Part shown: one piece after another, positions 1 to 9,131 of the stretch | Position numbering within the stretch: position 1 is the first letter of the stretch | Layout: every line of letters starts with the position of its first letter | DNA from: an uncultured Planctomycetota bacterium | GTDB taxonomy: Bacteria; Planctomycetota; Planctomycetia; Isosphaerales; Isosphaeraceae | DNA length: 64,000 nt | Direction: 5' to 3' | Assembly (NCBI GenBank): GCA_963823665.1 | Contig: CAWGMQ010000003.1 | Span: forward strand, 1,088,001 to 1,152,000 | Position numbers and translations under genes: made by a program | The notes under the pieces: model-generated | The model's database searches: none | What the model saw: only the letters and a program-made list of their open reading frames with translations | Told to the model about the DNA's origin: nothing

Positions 1-155
1 CCGACAATCCAGGGAATGAGTCGCCGCCTCCTCCTTTGCGCCGGCGGCGTCGGCGCGGTGTCATCCAGGATGATCAACAGTTCGTCGATCGTCGTCGACT
101 GCGGGGCGTCCGAAACGATCAACGTATCGTCGCTGGTTAACTCGAGCGTGCTCAT
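1..155 (-). CDS. Partial CDS running off the left edge; N-terminus resembles a membrane-anchored protein such as an efflux periplasmic adaptor
   Basis: Read by hand on the minus strand: GGGAGA RBS, ATG at 155, then MSTLELTSDDTLIVSDAPQSTTIDELLIILDDTAPTPPAQRRRRRLIPWIV (basic run, then start of a hydrophobic segment); open to the edge. Confidence 0.55.
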   Translation of the reverse strand, partial: MSTLELTSDDTLIVSDAPQSTTIDELLIILDDTAPTPPAQRRRRRLIPWIV

Positions 156-268
156 GGCGTGTCTCCCGCTGCGTGAGGCCGGCGGACGAGGTCGGTCCGC
201 CAGAGCAGGTGGCGGCCCGGCCGCGACTGAAATCATGAAACGCCGCCGGCATGATCGAAGTGATCCTA

Positions 269-280
269 CTACGACTGTAG
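269..280. promoter_or_regulatory. Candidate BlaI/MecI/CopY-type operator (TACG-AC-TGTA)
   Basis: CTACGACTGTAG in an AT-richer divergent promoter region; one mismatch from TACAnnTGTA; same 10-mer recurs inverted at 2282-2291. Confidence 0.4.
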
Positions 281-430
281 GATGTACTATTACATTAGTC
301 AGAGACTGGTCGTCGAGTCAAGTGGCTGCGGATGGCTCGGCGCTCTGCACGTCTTTTCATCGCGCGGCATGCGGTGTGGGGCGGTGTACCAGATCGCGAC
401 AGGTGTCGTTCGGGCAGGATATAATCGGCC

Positions 431-2161
431 ATGGAAGAAGATGGTGCGATCGACTTCGCGAAGCAGGGCCAACGCCTGCTGGAACGAAGGGACCCTGACC
501 TGCTTGACGAAACCGAAGCGTGCATTCGCCGCGCGCTGGCACTGACGCCGGGGTCTCCTACAGTGCTCGAGCAGCTTGGGCGCGTCCTTGGCGCACAGGG
601 GCGGTTCAGCGAGGCGCTCGCGTGCTTCAAGCAAGCTTTGGGCGAAGCTCGTGCTGATCTTGCGATCCGGCTCTCGCTCGCTGAGCTGCTGCAGGGAAGC
701 GGGCGATTTGATGAGGCGGCGCGGATGCTCGCGGACGCCGCATCGCTCGATTCCAAGGATGCGCGGCTCCATGCACAACTCGGCAAGCTGGCTCTTGCTC
801 GGGGACGTTTCGCAGAGGCAGCCGAGCGATTCCAAGCGGCCCTGGCACTGGATGCGTCGCTGGCTGAAGCACGCTGTGGACTTGGTCGTGCCCTGGAAGA
901 GCAGGGACAGCTCGTTGAAGCCGAGCGATGTTTCCGCGACGCAGTGCAATCCGACCCGAGCCTCACCGCGCCGTTGATCGCGCTGGCCAAGCTCCAAGCT
1001 GACCAGGGCGAAATTGAGGAATCGTGCCGGTCGGCGCGACGAGCGCTGGCGATCTGCCCGAGTCTGGCGGAGGCATACTGGCGCCTGGCGATGAATCTCA
1101 AGGGTGCTCTTCCCGATGCCGACATCCAGGCCATGCAGCGACTGCGCGATCACAAATACGTGCCTCACGGTTTGCGTGCGGGGCTTGGATTCGCACTCGG
1201 GGCGGTGTTCGATGCGCGCGGCCTCTACGTACAGGCAGCCGAGCAATTCGAAGCTGCGAATGCGCTCAAGGCCGCCGTGAAGGCCGCGAAAGGGCAGTCG
1301 TTTGATCCCGACCAGTACTCGCGCTCCATCGATCGGATCATCGCCACGTTCACGCCGGAGCTATTGGCCCGCGGCCGAGGCTGCGGTGAGCGCGATCCGC
1401 GGCCGGTGTTTGTGGTCGGTTTGCCGCGCTCGGGCACGACCCTAGTGGAGCAGATCCTGGCCTCGCATTCGCAAGTGCATGGAGCGGGTGAGCTACGCGA
1501 CGTGCTCAATCTGTTCAACGCGCTGCCGGAACTGACCGGCCGGCGTGGCGGTGACGCGTTCGAGATAATGAGCACACTTGGCCCCGATTCGGCTCGTGCG
1601 CTGGCTCCGCGGTACATCGCAGCGCTCGATCGGGTCGCACCGGCGGCCGCCAAGCGCATCATCGACAAAATGCCCGACAACTTTCTCATGCTCGGGCTGA
1701 TTGCCCTCTTGTGGCCCGAGGCGCGGGTGATCGTCTGCAACCGAGACTTGCGAGACGTCGCCCTCTCCTGCTGGCAGACTCCGTTTGGCACGAACCCCTG
1801 GACCAATCACTGGGAACACATCGCGAGGCGCCTTGCCGATCATGAGCGGCTGCTCGCGCACTGGAGACGGGTCAACCCGGTCGCGTGGCTCGATGTTGGT
1901 TATGAAGAGCTGGTTCGCGACGTGGAGGGGCATGCTCGTCGCATGATTGCTTTTCTGGGCCTCGAATGGGAGCCCGGTTGTTTGGAGTTTCACGCGACTC
2001 GGCGCGTGGTGCGGACGGCTAGCCAGCTTCAGGTGCGGGAGCCGATTCATGCGCATTCGATCGGGCGATGGCGAAGGTATGAGTCGACGCTTCGGCCGCT
2101 CTTTGAGGCTTTGGAGCGACACCGCGTGAGCGGACCCAACAGCAAGACCGAATGGGCGTGA
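431..2161 (+). CDS. TPR-repeat sulfotransferase family protein
   Basis: N-terminal TPR-like repeats; PAPS-binding VFVVGLPRSGTTLVEQILASH, IIDKMPDN, RDLRDVALS, RTAS..QVR.PI motifs. Confidence 0.9.
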   Translation: MEEDGAIDFAKQGQRLLERRDPDLLDETEACIRRALALTPGSPTVLEQLGRVLGAQGRFSEALACFKQALGEARADLAIRLSLAELLQGSGRFDEAARMLADAASLDSKDARLHAQLGKLALARGRFAEAAERFQAALALDASLAEARCGLGRALEEQGQLVEAERCFRDAVQSDPSLTAPLIALAKLQADQGEIEESCRSARRALAICPSLAEAYWRLAMNLKGALPDADIQAMQRLRDHKYVPHGLRAGLGFALGAVFDARGLYVQAAEQFEAANALKAAVKAAKGQSFDPDQYSRSIDRIIATFTPELLARGRGCGERDPRPVFVVGLPRSGTTLVEQILASHSQVHGAGELRDVLNLFNALPELTGRRGGDAFEIMSTLGPDSARALAPRYIAALDRVAPAAAKRIIDKMPDNFLMLGLIALLWPEARVIVCNRDLRDVALSCWQTPFGTNPWTNHWEHIARRLADHERLLAHWRRVNPVAWLDVGYEELVRDVEGHARRMIAFLGLEWEPGCLEFHATRRVVRTASQLQVREPIHAHSIGRWRRYESTLRPLFEALERHRVSGPNSKTEWA

Positions 2162-2280
2162 CGAGTAAGGGTCCTCTCGGCCTGTCACATCAGGTGGAAT
2201 CCCGACTTCAGGCCTCGCGTTCTCTGAAAAACGACCGGGCGGTCGCGACGAACGACCAAGCGCTACGATTCGGAGATTCA

Positions 2281-2292
2281 TTACAGTCGTAA
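2281..2292. promoter_or_regulatory. Candidate operator, inverted copy of the 270-279 site
   Basis: TTACAGTCGTAA; core reverse-complements to TACGACTGTA; about 140 nt upstream of the TIR-like ATG. Confidence 0.35.
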
Positions 2293-2429
2293 CTTGAACT
2301 GGAAAACCATCGCAAAACGTCGAGCAAACTGTTGCATCGTGTGACTTTCGAGCCTCAAATCGACTGACACTCTCGAAGAGCCCACGTCAAGGTCTTCCTG
2401 ATCGTCAGAGCCTCGGAAAGTCATTCGCG

Positions 2430-2972
2430 ATGCAATTAGCTAGAATTCAAATACCGGTGTTCGTATCATGTCCTACTGATCTTAGTCCGTCGCAGGAAAA
2501 GTCGGCGGATGTGATCCACGCCTGTCTTCAGAAGCACAGGCTTGAATGGCGCGCGCTCGGCAGGAACGAGTATCCCAACGACTTGCCGCTCCGTGAAGTG
2601 TTACAAATGATCAAGCACTGTTCTGGCGGAGTCATTTTGGGATTTGAGCAGTTTCGCGCACCCTCGGGCGTGTACAAGCGAGGCTCAAGTCGCGTGAGAC
2701 GAACCAACGACGCGGTCATCATGCCGACGCCCTGGAATCAGCTCGAAGCCGGAATTCTGTTCAATCGAGAATTGCCCATCCTGATCTTCAAGGAGGAAGG
2801 GATAACCGGCGGCGTTTTTGATGTCGGAACCTCGGAGGTGTTCATCCACAAGATGCCGTCCGCAAGAATGGCCCAGTCCGCTCGAGACAGTCTCGAGATG
2901 GTGTTTCAGAAATGGTCGGCGAGGGTTTTTACGCACTATTATGGTGAACAAATACGATCCCAGGCCCATTGA
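2430..2972 (+). CDS. TIR-like / nucleoside 2-deoxyribosyltransferase-like protein (putative nucleotide-processing)
   Basis: VFVSCP first strand, MIKHCSGGVILGF, PTPWNQLEAG (W-x3-E as in TIR catalytic helix), LPILIFKE; GC visibly lower than flanks. Confidence 0.6.
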   Translation: MQLARIQIPVFVSCPTDLSPSQEKSADVIHACLQKHRLEWRALGRNEYPNDLPLREVLQMIKHCSGGVILGFEQFRAPSGVYKRGSSRVRRTNDAVIMPTPWNQLEAGILFNRELPILIFKEEGITGGVFDVGTSEVFIHKMPSARMAQSARDSLEMVFQKWSARVFTHYYGEQIRSQAH

Positions 2973-3249
2973 TACGTCCAGTGTAAAGCTCGATGGACAA
3001 CTGCTTCGATTGACCGAGCAGCTTGCAAGGCACGCACACGACGTCTGGGCGTCGCAGCGCCTCGAGCACGGCTGGAAATGGGGTCCTTCGCGCTGCGACA
3101 TCAAGCGCGAACACCCATGCTTGATTCCCTATGATAATCTCCCCGAAAGCGAAAAAGAGTACGACCGAAAGACGGCGCTCGAGACCATCAGGGCGGTAAT
3201 TGTAATCGGTTACCAAATCACGTTCATTGGAACGGCCGAAGAACCATAG
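2941..3249 (+). CDS. Stand-alone RyR (ryanodine receptor repeat) domain protein
   Basis: YDPRPIDTSSVKL...LARHAHDVWASQRLEHGWKWG...EHPCLIPYDNLPESEKEYDR matches the RyR domain pattern; ATG overlaps the end of the upstream gene. Confidence 0.88.
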   Translation: MVNKYDPRPIDTSSVKLDGQLLRLTEQLARHAHDVWASQRLEHGWKWGPSRCDIKREHPCLIPYDNLPESEKEYDRKTALETIRAVIVIGYQITFIGTAEEP

Positions 3250-3370
3250 ACTCCCGTGGTTGGCGCGGCGCACGATTGCTGTCTCAAAGCCATCTCGGAC
3301 CGGGTTGCTAGGTCCGACGATTCGGGAGCGATAGCCGCGACGCCAAGCGCGCGAGCCCAGTCGGTCCTTG

Positions 3371-3633
3371 CATGAAGAGCTGGACGCCTTGGTCGAGCAG
3401 GAGCGGCAGGCGATCTGGGATGAGAGACGCCGGTGAACCGCAAGGCCGTGTTCGACGCAATGGTGTTCCTGCAAGCTGGAGCCAACCCAATCGGCCCGGG
3501 CGGAGCCTGTTTTGCTTGCGCACGCGCGGGCACGCTCGCACTCGTCACGAGCCCGGAGACGATTGCGGAACTCCGAGATCTACTGGCCAATACCGATCCG
3601 GTCGCCCCCGTGGTAGCACACCCACCGCCTTAG
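3371..3633 (+). pseudogene. Decayed toxin-antitoxin pair: antitoxin C-terminal remnant plus truncated PIN-domain toxin
   Basis: HEELDALVEQERQAIWDERRR* (stop 3434-3436) overlaps GTG 3433 of MNRKAVFDAMVFLQA...LVTSPETIAELRDLL, which stops after 66 aa, about half a PIN domain. Confidence 0.6.
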
Positions 3634-3783
3634 CTTCGGTCGGGACAGGAGATGGGGCGGGTCGGACCGAAGCACCAGGGCAAGCGCGTACAAATCTCCC
3701 TTGCGAAATCTCGGCTCATCGTCATAATCGCGCCCCACTTCTTAAAAGTCAGCGGCGCCTATCAGGCGGCGGGGAAGCCAAGC

Positions 3784-4137
3784 ATGTCCAGACAGAAGGT
3801 ACTGGGATATCTCGCTTTATCCTGTTTTCTGACATCATGTGGCTGTGGAACGATCGCAAATATCGAGGGCCGGCGACTCCCAGCGCCGAGCCCGGCGGGG
3901 CAAGAGGTCTCGAGACCCTTCGGAGGAGTTCGCAGGGATATTGAATGGGCAAAGTCGGTCGAATCGCCCAGAAACTTGGCTTACGTCGCCGACCTGCCGC
4001 TTTCTCTGGTTGGTGATCTTGTGACCTTGCCCAAGACCGTGTGGGGGTCACAATCAGACAGCCTGCTCCAAGACTCCACTCCCGTTCAAGGCGTGCCTCA
4101 ATATGGGATGCAGACGCGGCCGTTGGCCACGCCGTAG
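3784..4137 (+). CDS. YceK/YidQ family lipoprotein
   Basis: Signal peptide ending SCGC/GT, FGGVRRD and DLPLSLVGDLVTLP motifs. Confidence 0.75.
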   Translation: MSRQKVLGYLALSCFLTSCGCGTIANIEGRRLPAPSPAGQEVSRPFGGVRRDIEWAKSVESPRNLAYVADLPLSLVGDLVTLPKTVWGSQSDSLLQDSTPVQGVPQYGMQTRPLATP

Positions 4138-4165
4138 CCTGCCGGCCGGTTCGATCAGCGACAAT

Positions 4166-4643
4166 TCAACGGTATAGACTAAGTCTCGGCAGAGCTCGCT
4201 TCAGCTCCTTCACGCCCGCATCGGTGACTCTTGTGCGACGCACGTAGCATACGCGAAGGCTGATCGGGTCCTTCAGGTGCGTCAACCCCGCATCGGTGAC
4301 CTGAGTATTGTCCAGGAAGAGACATTTCTGCATCCGAAGGTCTCCCGGTGAAGCGGACGCTCCACACGCGGCAGAACGTGTCGACCCCGATCGCACTCGC
4401 GACCCATTTCACCCAGCGGGATTCCAATCCGTGGGTGAATCGTTCGACTCCAAAGGGCGCCGCGTACGCGACATTTCCGTGTGCCCGTTCGATCGCTGCA
4501 ACTGCGTCGCGCTGGAGACGCGCGGTGTGAACAATCCAGCCCAGCCCGGCACCGAACACCAGGATCAGGACGATCAGCCCGCGCACGCTCACGCGCAGGA
4601 ATCTCCGCCAGAGACGCGAGGCCGGTTTGATCTGGTCGGACAT
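4166..4643 (-). CDS. Membrane-anchored LRR protein paralog 1 (short; frameshift near 4330, possible pseudogene)
   Basis: SRLWRRFLRVSVRGLIVLILVFGAGLGW..ARLQRDAVAAI N-terminus; LFLDNTQVTDAGLTHLK and TRVTDAGVKELKRALP in another frame. Confidence 0.7.
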
Positions 4644-4779
4644 GACGACATCGCGCGAACTGGGCATTTCTGGTTCCTTGCTACTCAGTATACCGGGTCA
4701 CACGACGGTATCTGAGTTGGCCCGCTGATGCGGGCCGACGCGACCTTCACGATTCCAGGCCAGTTGGAAGGGCACCAAA

Positions 4780-5739
4780 TCAACGGATGATCTTCAATCG
4801 CGGCAACGCTCGCTGAAGTTCCTTCGCTCCGGCATCGGTGACGCGTGTGCCGCGGAGGTCAATGATACGGAGGTTGGCGAGCGTCTTCAGGTGTACCAGT
4901 CCGGCATCGGTCATTTCAGTGCCGGAGAGATCCAGCTCGGCGAGGTTTGTCAGCCCCTCCAGGTGCGCGAGGCCGGCGTCGGTGATCGGAGGCAAGTCGA
5001 AAAGGGGTTTCAAAGACTCCTCCACGCGCAATCCAGCAGCGATGAACCCATCGCCGAGCCGGAGGCAGGAGAGGTTGCTCAATCCCTTCAGGTGGGCGAG
5101 GCCTGAGTCTGTGATCCGAGTGTGCATGAGGTCGAGCTCCGAGAGGCTTGTCAGCTCTTTCAGATGCGCTAGCCCGTCGTCGGTGACGTCGGTGAAGCTG
5201 AGGTCAAGGCTGGAAAGTTGCGGTAGGCGCGTGAGATCGGCCATGAATGCCTGGCTTTCACTCTCGGGCGACTTGATAGGCGCAAGCGGCTGCACATGCG
5301 TGACGGCCTCGCCGCCCGCGTGTCCGAGCGCTGGATCGGGCTTCGTCTGCGCTTCGGCGAGCTCCGCGCGTGCTGCGATAGGCGCCGAGAGCTCTGCGTT
5401 TATTTTTGCGCGAAGGGCGTTCATCGAATCGAGGGCCCTTTGCGTGTACGAGACTCGTGTGACGTGACCCAGACAATCGACTCCGATGAGATCGATCATC
5501 CGCCTGGGCACCCAAGGCCTTCCGCCCGCCAGAGGCTTTCCATTCGCCCATTCCCAGTTGTATTGCACCGAGCCGCCGGCTTTGGTGATCGCCGCCACAG
5601 CGTCGCGCTGGATGCGAGCGCTGCGGACGAGCCAACCGAGCCCGGACCCCACGACCAGCACGAGAACGATGAGCCCGCGCATGCTCACGCGCAGGAATCT
5701 TCGCCAGGGACGGGAGACGGGCTTGGCTTGATCGTTCAT
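4780..5739 (-). CDS. Membrane-anchored LRR protein paralog 2
   Basis: Same N-terminal motif; LxxLDLxxTxxTDxGLAHL repeats; cap VTDAGAKELQRALP. Confidence 0.88.
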   Translation of the reverse strand: MNDQAKPVSRPWRRFLRVSMRGLIVLVLVVGSGLGWLVRSARIQRDAVAAITKAGGSVQYNWEWANGKPLAGGRPWVPRRMIDLIGVDCLGHVTRVSYTQRALDSMNALRAKINAELSAPIAARAELAEAQTKPDPALGHAGGEAVTHVQPLAPIKSPESESQAFMADLTRLPQLSSLDLSFTDVTDDGLAHLKELTSLSELDLMHTRITDSGLAHLKGLSNLSCLRLGDGFIAAGLRVEESLKPLFDLPPITDAGLAHLEGLTNLAELDLSGTEMTDAGLVHLKTLANLRIIDLRGTRVTDAGAKELQRALPRLKIIR

Positions 5740-5927
5740 ACCGGCCTCGGGCGACGGGCGTGTCGGTAGCTCCATTTCGGTTAGTATATCAGCCCACGCT
5801 AATGATGACCGGACTCGCAGATTAGGGGCCAGCGCGGCCTCACGGTGAAGCTCCGGAATCGAAGGTCGAGGAGATAAGCCTGGGCGATGCGACAGGGACG
5901 ATCCAGGGCGGCTACGTGGGCATCAAC

Positions 5928-7055
5928 TCAACGATCGATCGTCAGTCCCGGCAATGCCTGCTTTAGCTCACTCGCTCCTTCGTTCGTTACAGGCGTGAAG
6001 CTGAGGTCAAGCTTCGAAAGCTTGGTCAGCCGCTTCAGATGGGCCAGACCGGAGTTTGTGACATAAGTACCGCCGAGATCAAGTTCCGAGAGATTGGTGA
6101 GCCCGTTCAGATGCGCCAGACCGGCGTCCGTGACCTGGGCATTGACGCATTTCAGTTTCGTGAGGCTGAAGAGACGGCTCAGATTCGCCAGGCCGGCGTC
6201 GGTCACGTTGGTTCCGCAGAGGTTCAGATCCGAAAGCTTCGTCAGCCCACTCAAATGCGCCAGCCCCTCATCAGTGATCGCGGTGTCGACCGCCCAGAAC
6301 TTTCGCAATGACTTCGATTTTTCGAGATGTGCCATTCCCGAGCCAGTAATACTCGTCTTGGAAACGTCCAGCACTTCAAGGTGAGGAAACCCTTTCAGAA
6401 CGGTCAGTCCGCTGTCACTGAACTTATTGCGGTCAAGTAGCAGCGTTTTGAGACCCGTCAAGCTTTTCAAGTGAGTAATCCCGGCGTCGGTGAGTTGATT
6501 GTCTCCAAGATCCAGCTCTTCGAGCGCGCTCAGCCGGGCGAGATGAACGAGATCCGCGTCGACGATCAGGGTGTTTTCGAGACTGAGCTGGCGAAGGCGG
6601 GTCAATGGTCGCAACTGGGCCAGCCCCTCACCGGTCACCCTCGACCCGGCAAGGTCAAGTCGCTCGAGATGCGCCAGTCGGGCGACGTCGTTCAGTACGG
6701 CATCGGATACAGGCTGATGAGAACTGTACTCAGAACTGTACAGTGTCACGGCCGCGACACGATGGATTAAGTCGACTCCGACACGATCGATCAACCACGC
6801 TGGTACCCAGCTCTTGACTTGCTTCGTCGCCGGGGAACGCACAGCCGACCTCTCGAAGGGTGTCCTCGGTTCCCAGTCGTATTCGACCCACGCGTCGTTG
6901 CTGCGCACAATCGCCGCCACCGTATCGCGCTGAACTCGTGCACTGTGGACCAACCAGCCCAGCCAGCCGCCGATCAGAAGCACGGCAACGATCAGCCCAC
7001 GCACGCTGAACCGCAGGAATCTTCGCCAGGGACGCGAGACGGGACCGGGCAGCAT
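5928..7055 (-). CDS. Membrane-anchored LRR protein paralog 3
   Basis: Same N-terminal motif; about 10 LRRs of 24 aa; cap VTNEGASELKQALP. Confidence 0.9.
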   Translation of the reverse strand: MLPGPVSRPWRRFLRFSVRGLIVAVLLIGGWLGWLVHSARVQRDTVAAIVRSNDAWVEYDWEPRTPFERSAVRSPATKQVKSWVPAWLIDRVGVDLIHRVAAVTLYSSEYSSHQPVSDAVLNDVARLAHLERLDLAGSRVTGEGLAQLRPLTRLRQLSLENTLIVDADLVHLARLSALEELDLGDNQLTDAGITHLKSLTGLKTLLLDRNKFSDSGLTVLKGFPHLEVLDVSKTSITGSGMAHLEKSKSLRKFWAVDTAITDEGLAHLSGLTKLSDLNLCGTNVTDAGLANLSRLFSLTKLKCVNAQVTDAGLAHLNGLTNLSELDLGGTYVTNSGLAHLKRLTKLSKLDLSFTPVTNEGASELKQALPGLTIDR

Positions 7056-7207
7056 GGTGGCCAGTCTCCGGCATTGCGAACGTCTTGAGTCAGATCATTT
7101 CCTCAAGCCAGATCATACCAAGAACCAGCTCGGGTTCACGGACCAAGCGGGCACGATTCGATCCGTGGACGGACGAGGCTGAGTGCGTCGGGAGTCGCCA
7201 ACCCAGG

Positions 7208-7590
7208 TCAGCGCGGGAGCCGAGGAGCCGGCTCGGCGCGTACCCAGGCCCGTAGGCGTTGTGCCCACTTCGATCCGGTGCGGCGATCTTCTTCAAGCAC
7301 CCAGCGACCGACCTCGTCGGAACGGACCGGCGAGAATTCGCTCATGTCGACAGGCTCATAGGTCCCGTCCTCGCGCAGGCGCTCGATGACAATGCGCTTG
7401 CGTTCGCCGTCGAACCGCCAGATCTCGGCGACGCGCAACGCCGCATAGATCGCAGGGCGGTCGATCTTCGGGGGGACAGGTCGACTTCGATGGCCAAGTC
7501 GGGATTGGGGTACTCGGCCGCGGCGTTGGACCATCGCGCGACGGCCTCGTCCACCACGGCCAACTTCTCGGGTGCGAAGTAATATCCGAA
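7208..7590 (-). pseudogene. 5'-truncated Uma2 (DUF820) family endonuclease with a frameshift near 7470
   Basis: YYFAPEKL...YPNPDLAIEVDLS then IDRPAIYAALRVAEIWRFDG; no start codon or N-terminal half; begins directly after the tRNA 3' end. Confidence 0.75.
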
Positions 7591-7591
7591 A

Positions 7592-7665
7592 CGAGGATGA
7601 CGGGGCTCGAACCCGCAACCTCCGGCGTGACAGGCCGGTGCTCTAACCAATTGAGCTACATCCCC
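7592..7665 (-). tRNA. tRNA-Asp (GTC), CCA not encoded
   Basis: GGGGATGTAGCTCAATTGGTTAGAGCACCGGCCTGTCACGCCGGAGGTTGCGGGTTCGAGCCCCGTCATCCTCG; acceptor stem GGGGATG/CATCCTC, CCGGC/GCCGG anticodon stem, TTCGA T-loop. Confidence 0.97.
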
Positions 7666-7835
7666 AAACTCGATCCGGCAGCGACTTGCGGCGAAAGCGG
7701 GTGTGTCGGAGTTTCCCGGGTTTGTGTTGTCTTTCGAACGAACACCGGAACTGCTCTGACGGGTCTGACCGGTCGAGGAATTGATTCTATCGGCCGCAAC
7801 CGCTAGCTTCAAGTGCACCGACTCGTTGCGCTGAG

Positions 7836-8441
7836 TCACTGCTGGCCGTCGAGCCGCTTGATTTCCTCGCGGATGAAGGCGAGAACCCGGCTCTTGGCCT
7901 TGTGCACGGCGGCGACGTTCATTCCCAGGAGCGCGGCCACCTCGTCGCCCGGCTGATTCTCGCACGCCGCCAGGCGGAACGCTTCCCACGTCTGCGGCTC
8001 GACCCGCGCGCGCACCAGCTCACACGCCTGGCTCACCATCACGCGGGTGAACTCTTCGTCCAAGAACGCCAGGAGTTCGTCGTGCGCGTGTGCGCTGTCG
8101 AGCGCTGCCAGACCGAGGTCGTCACTGCTGCCGGCATCCGGCCGCTGCTTTCGGTGGGCGAAGAAATCCGAAATCGCATGCTGGGTCACCAATCGCAGCC
8201 AGCCGCGAAACGACCGGGAGGGGTCGTAGACGAACGTCCGCAGCGCCCGTGACAGCCGGAGCAGCACGTCCTGCGTCACATCGTCCGCGTCGGCGGCTTG
8301 CAAGCCTCGCTTGCGGCACCAGCCCTGGATCTTGGGCCCGTAATACGCGACGAACGCTCCCCATGCACCCTCGTCGACCGGGTCCTGGCGGACGCGCCCC
8401 AGAAGCGACACGTTGGTGTGTTCCGACGGTGAACGTCCCAT
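7836..8441 (-). CDS. ECF sigma-70 factor (Planctomycete type)
   Basis: TNVSLLGRV, AWGAFVAYYGPKI, DADDVTQDV, SFRGWL, region 4 VAALLGMNVAAVHKAKSRV; alternative start at 8480. Confidence 0.9.
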   Translation of the reverse strand: MGRSPSEHTNVSLLGRVRQDPVDEGAWGAFVAYYGPKIQGWCRKRGLQAADADDVTQDVLLRLSRALRTFVYDPSRSFRGWLRLVTQHAISDFFAHRKQRPDAGSSDDLGLAALDSAHAHDELLAFLDEEFTRVMVSQACELVRARVEPQTWEAFRLAACENQPGDEVAALLGMNVAAVHKAKSRVLAFIREEIKRLDGQQ

Positions 8442-8713
8442 CAGTACCTCGAACGGCGCGAGATCGGCTGTAGCGGCCATTTTCTGTGAGGCCGAGCCCG
8501 TCCGCAATCGTTAAAGCCAGAAATTCGCTCAAAAAAACTCGAGGGCCGAGTCAGGTATGGCCCGAACGGCTGGTATTAACTTATGGAGCGACGCAGCTCG
8601 TGCTGGTCGTTCATCTCGCCGAGACTGGCTTCGAGCACAGTCGGGTCGCTAGCCGCGTGCTCAACGCGGCCGGAATTTGGATCGAGCCTTGCATTGATGA
8701 GGAGGTCCGCACC

Positions 8714-8893
8714 ATGACGAGCCAGAACGTGGCCGGGAAAGACATCAACGCCCAGGACAAGCCTCGGGACGATTCCGCGCTGAAGGACGGCAAGCCGTCG
8801 GAGGTGAAGCGGGAATTGACCGACGACGAGATCGCCTCGATTGCCGGGGGCGTGACCATTAGCCCCGGTTTCCCCCTGCAGCCGGGCGGTTGA
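8714..8893 (+). CDS. Double-glycine leader precursor peptide A (46-aa leader; core VTISPGFPLQPGG)
   Basis: GAGGAGG RBS; RELTDDEIASIAGG cleavage motif; upstream of HlyD and a C39-peptidase ABC transporter. Confidence 0.85.
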   Translation: MTSQNVAGKDINAQDKPRDDSALKDGKPSEVKRELTDDEIASIAGGVTISPGFPLQPGG

Positions 8894-9131
8894 TCGACAC
8901 TTCCCGCCCCCGGATAGCGAGCCGCGAGCACTTGCGTCTGCAAGATCTTTTCTGCGGCGAGGGGCGGGAGTAGGTTCCCGGCCACGGCGTCGTAGGGTTC
9001 GTAAACACGCGATACAACGACACGGCTCAGGCCGGTCGTGAATGTGGATGAGCCGGTCTTCGAGCACGGATGGTCCGTGCCCGGGAGACCGCGTCAAGCT
9101 CGAGAGTGGATTCCTTTTAGAGGAGGATCGA

